Of a stretch of 64,000 nt of DNA, positions 53,635-64,000 are shown one piece after another. Below the pieces are notes generated by a model, which was not told the origin of the DNA, searched no databases, and saw only the letters and a list, made by a program, of their open reading frames with translations. Positions within the stretch are counted from its first letter, which is position 1, and every line of letters starts with the position of its first letter. The stretch spans positions 43,727,776 to 43,791,775 of the forward strand of contig NC_083418.1 in the NCBI RefSeq assembly GCF_020745735.1. The letters run 5' to 3'. The position numbers and the translations under genes were made by a program. Source of the stretch: Hemiscyllium ocellatum. Lineage: Eukaryota.

Positions 53635-55094
53635 TAAACAGATATTTCTATAATACTGTACAGTGGGCATTGATGAGTGGCTAAGTAGAAGAAGTAAAGC
53701 ATAATTAGGCCTTCAGCAATAATTTGCATTTATTGGATCATTTAATTTAGAGAAATGTATTAAGGTGCCTGATTCAATAAAAATGAGCATTTAGACAATG
53801 AAAGGGTATTAGATCATCTCAAATTAATGGGACAATGAATGTGAACAGTGAGCACTTAAAACAGGAATTTGAAAAAGATGCACATTAAGATAAAGCTAAG
53901 GTGACGATAATTTCAGAGAACCATAGTGCTATATTATCATTAGAGAGAGAGAGAGGAAGAGCGATAACAGATGGTGACTGAACCTGAGTGTTGCCACACC
54001 TCAGGCAAAGGATGAGGTTGAGAAGTTAGGGCCTTCATGGTAATGTCAGCCAGTGCAGGAATTGAACCCTCACTGTTGGCATCACTCTGCATTCCAAGTC
54101 AGCCAACTGACTTTCTGCTTACATTACTGCAAATAAGATTGAGTTGGGATCAGGATGGATGGTGGCAGAGGAAATGTTAAGTTAGTTAACTAGGGGCAAA
54201 AGCCAAGAAAAAGTTGCAATGAGCTAAAATGAAAGAATTTATTGAAGGATTTTTTTTCAGTTTATAGCTTTAAACTTGTGTGGGAATAGAATACTTTTTT
54301 TTGGAAAGTATTTGTCTTTCAAATTCTGGATGATTCCATCCAAATAACTTCAAGCTAGTCAGAGCACCTAAGGCTAAAGTGGCAGACTTGGTAGTTAGCT
54401 GGCATGCATCAAACTTTTTTTAGACATTTTTACATGAAGTAATAAAGAAAACTTTGTCTATTTGACTCTTCTAACAATGTCAACCCTGCAACATTGAATA
54501 CTGAAGGATTTTGTTTTGACAGACTAAAATAATGCCTTAATTTATACTGTCTCTGAAGTGCTTTGGGATTTCTCAAGAGAGAAGTTTTTGTCTAGATATT
54601 AGGAGAATTCCCCCAGCATTTCCTCATAATGTCATGTAATCTTCAGCAACAATCTGAAATGATATACCATTTTTAATATGTAACATCTTTGAGAATATGA
54701 GATACTGAAGGAATGGCACAAAGTGTCAGTCTAAATTGTTCAAATTTCTGGAACTGGGCTTGAGTGCATTCTGACTTGGAGACTCGAGTGCTACCAACTG
54801 AATCATGGTTGATATACTGTTTGCAGCAGTTAAAACAGGTGTGTGTGTGTGTGTACTGTAAAAATGTTTTTAACAATCTTGCAGAACTCACTGAAATTAT
54901 AATTAGCACTTAATCAGCTGCAGTTGATTATAAACATTAGGAATCAGCTAAAACAACAAAACTGAAGTACATTACTTTTACAATGAAACTTGTTAGCAAT
55001 GACATTCTGCAAAGACCCTGTTGTATGAGGAAGGTTGTGTCTGCATTATCTGAGTCTATATGGGTTTGAGAACATGTACACATTCAGAGTCATG

Positions 55095-55356
55095 ATTTGG
55101 AGATGCCGGTGTTGGACTGGGGTGTACAAAGTTAAAAATCACCCAACACCAGATTATAGTCCAACAGGTTTAATTGGAAGCACACTAGCTTTCGGAGCGA
55201 CGCTCCTTCATCAGGTGATAGTGGAGGGCTCGATTGTATAAATTCTGTGTTATGATCGAGCCCTCCAGTATCACCTGTTGAAGGAGCATTGTTCTGAAAG
55301 CTAGTGTGCTTCCAATTAAACTTGTTGGACTATAACCTGGTGTTGTGTGATTTTTA
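55095..55356. mobile_element. Fold-back PLE-derived mini-element, family B, with two opposed hammerheads
   Basis: 104-bp arms 55131-55234 / 55255-55358, single-copy tail, imperfect TSD acattcagagtcatg / acatttcagggtcatg. Confidence 0.93.
55183..55217 (-). ncRNA. Minimal type I hammerhead ribozyme (family B), perfect
   Basis: CAC CUGAUGA A GGAGC GUC GCUCC GAAA GC UA^ GUG; AGCU palindrome in place of helix III. Confidence 0.85.
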
Positions 55357-56824
55357 ACATTTCAGGGTCATGTAAGGTTGAGGCATGTGCGTCCTTTGGC
55401 ATGTACCTCTTGAAGCAAGGCAATTTATAGCCTGATGCAAAATTAACAAAAAACAACAATATTAAGCCAAGATTATCACCATGCATTGAAGGCTTTTTGT
55501 AGCGTGTACTCTGCCATGAAGGCTAAATTGTAAGGCTAATTACAATCTGCCAGTATTTACCATTTTGGTATGCTGGCTGTACATTTTACAATGTGCAAGC
55601 TATTTAAGTCTTAATTTATTCGGGAGTTCTTGTTTAGGAGCATCATTTGTTACATTTATTACTTTACAAAATTATTCTTTTGTGACTGTTTAATTTTAAG
55701 ATAAAATAAAAGAGGTATGATATTTTCTGAAGTCAGCCTGGGAAAAATTGTAGATGATGTGCTTTGCAGACATTCAGTGAGTTCTGGATTGATTTTACTG
55801 AAAAGAAGTTGCATGTGGAGACAATGGCAACAGTCTTTTGCTTACAGTGCACACAGTAGTTAGTCACAGAAAAGTCTTGAGAATGTTGGGCTATACTCTA
55901 AACTCACCACTATTCCCAAAATAAAAGAGAGGTAGGATCTTGAGAACAACTAATCAGCATTTCTACCTGGATATAAGGCCCTGCGATTCATACAGTCATG
56001 AAGTTGGGCTTTGAGAGGGGAAGGATTTCAAAATCACCCCTGACAACCAATTGACAAGGTTTAGTCTGCTAGGATCTCGGAAAAGGATGGCGGTGAAAGG
56101 CATCAGTGGACTTTGTGCAGCATGGAGAAGACAGTAGACAGAGACACTAAAAAATCTCAGTGATTCACTGAGCGCTCTGTGCAACCTAATGACCTCCACA
56201 CTTAGGTGCAACTACACAATACTCCCATTGTGGCATCTGAGGAGGCAGGGGCAACCTGTTCACTTGGCTCAGCTCGGAGCTGAGCCATGTGTTATTTTAA
56301 TCATTGAGATGCCTGAGAAAGACTTCTGCACCTACATTATGACAGAGACAGCCTCCATCATTTGGACATGCTGTGCAATTATTCCCTGCATTAGAAGCAA
56401 ACAAGAAGGTTGAATATATGATGATGTCCTGTGAAAGATGGTACTCTCATCCTTCTTTGTGACCTCAACTCCCTGAGCGCTCTAAATGCCTAGAGAGGGA
56501 CATTAGCTGGGCCACAGCTGGCATCTGCTGTAAATGTCTCTGCGCCAGAGGCAACATTTCAATGTTTCAGGTATCCTGTGGGCATCAGTACACACTTACC
56601 CCAGGCTTTCTGTGTAATGCTCTGTGGTTCTCTGGGATTTACCTCACAAATTGAATTTAAAAGGAGTTATTTTATTAGCAACCATGTTCAATTACACAGG
56701 AGAATGCATGTACAAGGGTATGTACCCCTTGAATAGAATAAATATTTAGTGTCTTAACTAACTCATAGAAAAGACATGGGAATGTCCACAGAGGAGGCAG
56801 TGGCACAGTTGTAATGTCACTAGG

Positions 56825-57752
56825 AGGTATGGTTACTAAGTTTGCAGATGACACAAAATTGGAGGTGTAGTGGACAGCCAAGAAGCTTACCTTAAAGTAC
56901 AATGGGATCTTGATCAGATGGGCCAATAGGTCGAGGTGTGGCAAATGGAGTTTAATTTAGATAAATGTGAGGTTCTGCAATTTGGTAAGATAAATTTAGG
57001 TACGACTTATACATTTAATGGTAAGGTACTGGGGAGTGTGGAAGAATAAAGAGACCTTGGAGTGCAGGTTCATAGTTCTTTGAAAGTGGAGTCACAGATA
57101 AATAGGTTAGTGAAGAAAGCATTTGGTATGCTTGCCTTTAATGGTCTTTGCATTGAGTATTGAAGTTGGGAGGTCATGTTGCGGCTGTACAGGGCAGTGG
57201 TTCGGTCGCTTTTGGAATATTGCGTGCAATTCTGGTCTCCTTACTATAGGAAGGATGTTGTGAAACTTGAAAGGGTTCAGAAAAGATTTATGAGGATGGG
57301 CTGCTGAGCTTGGAGGATTTGAGCTACAGAGAGAGGCTGAATGTATGAGGGCTATTTTCCCTGGAGTGTCGGAGGCTGAGGGGTAACCTGAAAGAGGTTT
57401 ATAAAATCATAAGGGGCATGGATAGGATAAATAGACAAGGTCTTCTCCCTGGGGTTGGGGAGTCCAAAATTAGAGGGCATAGGTATAAGGTGAGAAGGGA
57501 AAGATTTGAAAGAGAGCTCGGGCAAATTTTTCACGCAGAAGGTGTTACGTGTATGGAATGATCTGCCAGAGGAAGTGGTACAATTACAACGTTTTAAAAG
57601 GCATCTGGATGGATACATGAATAAGAAAGGTTAAGAGGGATATAGGCCAAATGTTGGCCAGTGGGACTAGATTTATTTAGGATATCTGGTCAGTATGGAC
57701 AAGTTGGATTGAATGGTCTGTTTCCATGTTGTATATCTCTATGACTCTATGA
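56825..57752 (+). mobile_element. CR1 3' ~0.9 kb
   Basis: KFADDTK, KCEVLQFG and LEYCVQFWSP motifs; tail ctctatgactctatga. Confidence 0.93.
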
Positions 57753-57793
57753 CAAGGGCAGCAGATGCACTGGAGTACTGTCACTTGCAAGTA

Positions 57794-57826
57794 GACATTT
57801 TGGGCAAAAGCCCTTCATCAGGAATG
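57794..57826 (-). ncRNA. Isolated decayed family A hammerhead
   Basis: AUUC CUGAUGA A GGGC UUUU GCCC AAAA UG UC (CpG-type decay of CGAAACGUC). No other pLTR sequence adjacent. Confidence 0.6.
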
Positions 57827-59176
57827 AGGGGCTATCTCAATTAGCCATCACCTGGATAGGCAGACTTTCATGTTGAACCCAAAAGCAGGGTGCAGTTACT
57901 ATACTCAGACAAGTTGTGAATAGTGCAGCTGCAGGCACCTCACAAATTATTCAAGGCCCACGAAGTAGACTGTGTGCCAGCTAATTAAGTAGCTTCATCT
58001 GCACTATAATGCTCTCTCAAAAATTTACAGTTGTCAGAATTATACTCTTTCTGATTTTGCCTCAAGTATGAGACAAAATATTTGAAAGTTGCTGCTGTTT
58101 CCTCAGTCAGAAGTGGAAATAGACTGTCTCTTGATTGATCTGATCTATTTGAATGTCCCTTTTTAATTCTTTCATGAGTTTTTTTCCTCGTTTTCATGTT
58201 CAAATGTTCCAACCTTTCACAATTAGACCTGTAGGTATTTGATTATTTTTTTCATACTTTTCATTGTGTCCCCATGTAATAATTTTATTCTTTGACTCTC
58301 GTTGAATTAACTTTCTTACTGTCGGGATTAATGCATTCTTGCAACAGAAATCTTAGGACCCAACAAAAGCCAACATATTCGAAATTGCTCCTTTAATTAC
58401 ACAGCATTATTCTGACAAGGATAAAATTGAAAATCATTTGCTTCAAAATGTTAGGGAATGCTTTTCCATTGAATAGAGATTTAAATTTAAAAAGTATTAA
58501 ATTTCTGGTATTTTAAAACCTCATAATGAAAAAAAAAGAAAAATTGCACTTAGATCATTTAATTTTTCTATCATAAGCTTCCTGGTAACCTCTGTAACCA
58601 AATGCTGGTTCAGCTAATCTAGTCAACTCAATACAACAATTTTATTTACAGATGTCAAGAAGTGTATAAGTAGTGTTTGCTACAAGATTCTTAAAATCCC
58701 AATACCTTGCTCTTACTAAGCCATCACAATTGATCTAAAATACAGAACTCATGTTATATTGTCCAATATCTGTTCACTATTGACTGAGTTCTTCTCTGAC
58801 TATGTGAACATATGAAAAGCAGAAAACAAGTAGAGGTAAACATACTAGCTCCAACAAATGGCATGCACTTCTAAGTAGATAATGGATTTACAATTGCAAA
58901 ATATTGTACAAGAAAGAACTTCAGAGTCATAAGCAAGCAAATGAATCATGAGAGTGTTTTGCTTGGTTCACTGAAGTTCACCCTGTATTTGTCTACATGA
59001 ATTGCAACCCGAGGCCTTAGCATGTGGGAATTTCTACTTACTGTGTCTAAGAGTGTTCACGTTGAAAAACTGTTGAATGAAATCAATGCAGATGTGTAAC
59101 CATATCTAGGCTAGTTCTGGAAGTCCTTATACAGCATTAGTGCAAGCGACAATCAATATTGGGAACCAGATATGCA

Positions 59177-60285
59177 TTAGTTTGTTCCACTTATATCTGT
59201 TCCTAAAATATAACCTACATTGCGTGCATCATTTACATCTACACCTGTGTGTGGGCTTTGGGTAAGGATTGTAAAAATGTAACACAGTATGTTTTGAATA
59301 CAGAAATTGTGCATCAGCAAAGAAAATTTAGGAGTTTCTGACTTATAGAGCTCTACAACACAGAAACAGACACTTTGGTCCAACTCATCCATGCTGACCA
59401 GATATCCCAACCCAACCTAGACCCCCGTGCCAGCACCCGGCCCATACCCCGCCAAACCCTTCCTATTCATATACCCATCCAGATGCCTTTGAAATGTTGC
59501 AATCGTACTAGCCTCCACCACTTCCTCTAGCAGCTCATTCCATACACGTACCACCCTCTGTGTGAAAACGTTGCCCCTTAGGTCTCTTTTATATTTTTCC
59601 CCTCTCACCCCAAACCTATGCCCTCTAGTTCTGGACTCCCCCATCCCAGGGAAAAGACTTTGTCTATTTATCCTATCCATGCCCCTCAGGATTTTATAAA
59701 CCTATATAAGGTCACCCCCCAGCTCTGATGCTTCAGGGAAAACAGCCCCAGCCTGTTCAGCCTCTCCCTATAGCTCAAATCCTCCAACCCTGGCAACATC
59801 CTTGTAAATCTTTTTCTGAACCCTTTCAAGTTTCACAATATCTTTCCAATAGAAAGGAGATCAGAATTGCATGCAACATTTCAACAGTGGCCTAATCAAT
59901 GTCTTGTACAGCTGCAACATGACATCCCAACTCCTGTACTCAGTACTCTGACCAATAAAGGAAAGCATACCAAACACCTTCTTCACTATCCTATCTACCT
60001 GCGACTCCATTTTCAAGGAGCCATAAGCCTGCACTCCAAGGGTCTCTTTGCTCCGCAACACTCCCGAGGATCTTACCATTAAGAAGCCCTGTGAAGATTT
60101 GCTTTCCCAAAATGCAGCACCTTGCATTTATCTGAATTAAACTCCATTGTAAACCAATTTCTGTATTCAAAACATACTGTTACATTTTTACAATCCTTAC
60201 CCAAAGCCACTCTCGCATGTCGAATGTAAATGATGCACACAATGCAAGTTATATTTTAGGAACATATATAAATGGAACAAACTAA
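59177..60285. repeat. ~130-bp inverted repeat (59177-59309 / 60155-60285) bracketing a CR1
   Basis: The reverse complement of the left arm matches the right arm end to end (caatttctgtattcaaaacatactgt...ggaacaaactaa). Confidence 0.93.
59340..60147 (-). mobile_element. CR1 3' ~0.8 kb
   Basis: ORFs 59417..59680 and 59861..60127 with CR1 RT C-terminal motifs. Confidence 0.93.
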
Positions 60286-60329
60286 ACTAATTTAAACTTT
60301 CATTGTACACATTGGTTCCAATGACATAG

Positions 60330-63308
60330 GAAGGGAAATGGATGAGATTCTGAAAGGAGAATATAGAGAATTTGGCAGGAATTTAAAAAGGAGATCCTTG
60401 AGAGTAGTAATACCTGGATTACCCCCAGGTGTGAGCTAGTGAGGGTAAGAATAGGAGGATAGAGCAGATGAATGCATGGCTGAGGAGCTGGTGTATGGGA
60501 GAAGGATTCACATTTTTGGGTCATTGAAATCTCGTCTGGGGTAGAAGTAACCTGTACAAGAAGGATGGATTGCATCTGAATTGGAAGGGGACTAATATAC
60601 TGGCAGGGACATTTGCACGAGCTGCTCAGGAGGATTTAAACTATAAAGGTGAGGGAGGGGTAGGGGGGTGGACCCAGGGAGATAGTGAGGAAAGAGATCA
60701 ATCTGAGACTGGTGCAGTTGAGAACAGAAGCGAGTCAAACAGTCAGGGCAGGCAGGGACAAAGCAGAGAACAAGGTAGGACTGATAAATTAAATTGCATT
60801 TATTTCAATGCAAGGGGCCTAACAGGGAAGGCAGATGAACTCAGGGCATGATTAGGAACATAGAACTAGGATATCATAGCAATTATAGAAAGGTGGCTCA
60901 GGGATGGATAGGACTGGCAGCTTAATGTTCCAGGATACAAATACTACAGGAAGGACAGAAAGGGAGACCAGAGAGGAGGGGGAGAGGCATTTTTGATAAG
61001 GGATAGTGTTACAGCTGTACTGAGGGAGGATATTCCTGGAAATACATCCAGGGAAGTTATTTGGGTGGAACTGAAAAATAAGAAAGGAATGATCACCTTA
61101 TTGGGATTGCATTATAGACTCCTTAATAATCAGAGGGAAATTGAGAAACAGAATTGTAAGGAGATCTCAGTTATCTGTAAGAATGATAGGGTGGTTATGG
61201 CACGGGATTTTAACTTTCCAAACAGTCTGGGACTGCCATAATGTTAAGGATTTAGATGGAGAGAATTTTGTTAAGTGTGTACAAGAACATTTTCTGATTC
61301 AATATGAGGATGTATCAACTAGAGAGAGTGCAAAACATGACCTATTCTTGGGAAATAAGGCAGGACAGGTGACTGAGGTATCAGTGGGGGAACACTTTGG
61401 GGGCCAGCAACTATAATTCTATTAGTTTTAAAAATAGTGATGGAAAAGGATAGACCAGATCTAAAAGTTGAAGTTCTAAATTGGAGGAAGGCTAATTTTG
61501 ACGGTATTAGGCAAGAACGTCCAAAAGCTGATTGGGGGCAGATGGTTGCAGATAAAGGGACAGCTGGAAAATGGGAAGCCTTCAGAAATGAGATGACAAG
61601 AGTCCAGAGACAGTATATTCCTGTTAGGGTGAAAGGAAAGGCTGGTAGGTTTAGGGAATGCTGGATGACTAAAGAAATTGAGGGTTTGATTATGAAAAAG
61701 AAGGAAGCATATGTCAGGTATAGACAACATAGATTGAGTGAATCCTTAGAGTATAAAGGAAGTAGGAGTATACTTAAGAAAGAAATCAGGAGGGCAAAAA
61801 CCAACAGTTGGGACACCAAGAATAGCTACATAAGAATCCTATTCATTGACTACAGTTGAGCCTTCAACCCTATTGTCCCCTCGAGACTGATTGATCACTA
61901 AACTTAGTGATCTCGCACTAAGCCCCACTCTCTGCAACTGGATCCTCCGTTTCCTGACCCACAGGCCACAATCAGTGAAGATTGGAGACAATATTTCATC
62001 GTCACTAACATGCAACACTGAAGGCCCCCAGGGGTGTGTACTCAGTCCCCTACTGTACTCCCTGCGCTGCCAAATACCAAACTAATGCCATTTACAAGTT
62101 CGCTGATGACACCACCATAGTCGGTCGAATCTCAGATGGCGACGAAACAGAGTACAGACCGGAGGTGGAAGACCTGGAAAAATGGTGCACTGAGAACAAT
62201 CTAGCTCTCAATGCCGGCAAATCCAAGGAACTCGTTATTGACTTTTAGCAGCATGTTACTCGTGGCCCCCCCAACACGTTAACAGCACAGAGATGGAACA
62301 AGTGGAGAGTATCAAGGTCCTGGGAGTGGTCATCCTCAACAAGCTTTCTTGGACTCTTCATGTGGATGCACTGGTTACAAAGGCCCAACAATGTCTCTTC
62401 TTCTTCAGGCAGCTGAGGAAATTTGGCATGACGGTGAATACCCTTGCCAACTTTTATAGCTACACCATCGAGAGCATTCTGTCGGGTGTCTCACTTTCTG
62501 GTATGGCAACTGTACCATTCAAGATCGGAGACGGTTACAGAGAGTGGTGAACGCAGTTCGGACAATCACAAATGCCAACATCCCCCTTTTATAGAATCCA
62601 CTTACCAGGCTTGCTGTCAAGAAAAGGCCACCAGCATTCTTAAAGATCCATCCCACCCTGGCAATGTTTTTCTACAACCCCTGCCATCGGGGAGAAGGTA
62701 CAGAAGCCTGAACGTATATATGCACCAGCCAGTTTCGTAATAGTTTCTACCCTACTGTTGTTAGAATACTGAATGGACTCACAGACTCTTAGCATTTGCC
62801 TGTGCCTGTGTTTTTGGTTTTGCCGCTGTTTACCTATGATTTACTTAGCTATGCTACTTAACTGTGTGACCTGCTTGTATTGCTTGCAAGACACAGCTTT
62901 TCACTGTGCCGCGGTACACATGACAATAAATTCAATTTCAATTCGGTTAAAAAAGACGACATGAGATAGCTTTGGTAAATAGGGTTAAGGAGAATCCAAA
63001 GGATTTTTACAAATACATTAAGGGCAAAAGGGTAACTAGGGACAGAATAGGGCCGCTCAAAGATCAGCAAAGTGCCCTCTGTGTGGAGCTGCAGGAGACT
63101 GGGGAGATACTAAACGAGAATTTTGCATCGGTGTTTACTGTGGAAAAGGACATGGAAGATATAGAATGTCGGGAAATAGATGGAAATCTTGAAAAATGTC
63201 TATATTACAGAGGAGGAAATTCTGGATATCTTGAAACACAAAAAAAGTGGGTAAATCTGATCAGGTGTACCATAGAACTCTGTGGGAAGCTAGGGAAGTG
63301 ATTGCTGG
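60330..63308 (+). mobile_element. CR1 internal segment (ORF1 SGNH-esterase end, ORF2 APE and linker) split by Rex1
   Basis: DGLHLNWKGTNILA (esterase), LNCIYFNARGLTGKADELRA (APE start), LNWRKANFDGIR. Resumes at ~62950 with VKENPKDFYKYIKGKR. Confidence 0.92.
61805..62945 (+). mobile_element. Rex1/Babar-clade LINE, 5'-truncated
   Basis: [68 protein letters not shown]; tail aataaattcaatttcaattc. Confidence 0.92.
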
Positions 63309-64000
63309 GTTATTATTTAAAAATTGTTACGCTTACATGTAATCCCATTAAGTTACCACAAAAATATGATATGACCCGAACATCTGTATTACCTAGTACA
63401 GTTTTGGCATGAGTTTATATCCAAATAGAAAACAACTTATTTGGATCACTGGTCAGTTACACCTTTTTAAAGTTTGATTTGTACTTTTAGTAGTTTTTAA
63501 AAATTCTGTCTGTTTCCTTATGCCTTTGGGATCTGGGAAAATTGAAATTCCTAAGTTCATTAATTTTGAGATATGTCATCATCAATGATATGTTTTGTAA
63601 ATTATAAATTACCATTGTAACTGTTTTGCCATTGCGCTACTTTAAAAATAGTAGATGAGACTGCATGGCGTTTTTTAGTGATAGTAATTTGATCTGAGCT
63701 CCTGCTTATTGTCTTATTGTTGCAGCCATGTTAGTGATGTGGGAACTAAATTCACTATATAGCAATTTTGAAACTTGGAATACTGTTTCAGACATTAAAA
63801 TAATATTGAATCTAATTCATTTCAACAGCTGTAAGTATAGTCATTAAGAATGTTGCATATCTGAACCTCAACAGCCAGATGACCAATGAAATATTTTTTA
63901 CCTAGTCATAGTCCTAGATCTGTCATTATTTGCTATAAATTTACTCCCTTAATTAACAACTTTAATCACTAACATCGAATGTATTTCTATATTTTCAATT

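Noticed and set aside
28812-54853. Short microsatellites and homopolymers (ct/ga/gt runs, poly-C)
   Set aside because: Short and ordinary for vertebrate DNA.
55990-56640. Harbinger-like transposase relic (also ~38520-39350)
   Set aside because: Only faint resemblance by eye; no TIRs or DDE motif could be fixed.
1-64000. ORF-track ORFs as host genes
   Set aside because: All are 174 aa or shorter, many start at non-ATG codons, and the recognisable ones are broken CR1, RTE, Rex1, Tx1 or PLE fragments or their antisense frames.
1-64000. CRISPR arrays, operons or prokaryotic defence systems
   Set aside because: The DNA is vertebrate and repeat-rich, with no regularly spaced repeat-spacer array or gene-dense segment.

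Overview
Eukaryotic, AT-rich, CpG-depleted vertebrate DNA, almost certainly a cartilaginous fish (shark). The basis is repeats that I recognise from memory as elasmobranch HE1-type V-SINEs, SacSINE1-type DeuSINEs and abundant CR1/HER1 LINEs. The window looks intronic or intergenic. No host protein-coding gene is recognisable, and the ORF track consists of transposon fragments or chance ORFs. More than half of the window is nested, decayed transposable elements: CR1, L2-like, a full-length RTE inside an older RTE, Rex1/Babar, Tx1, Penelope-like elements (PLEs) of two clades, a Tigger-like MITE and a Gypsy relic. The main signal is RNA-structural. At least four PLE-derived families each carry a minimal type I hammerhead ribozyme (CUGANGA + 1 extra nt, helix II, GAAA, palindromic mini-helix III, UH). 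Six copies have intact cores and show covarying helices. Three families occur as 150-290 bp non-coding fold-back (hairpin) insertions with target-site duplications (TSDs), and their inversion junctions repeatedly fall at the ribozyme. The full-length RTE begins with a partial HDV-like ribozyme fold at its TSD-defined 5' end. TE boundaries were read by eye and are approximate unless a TSD is quoted.
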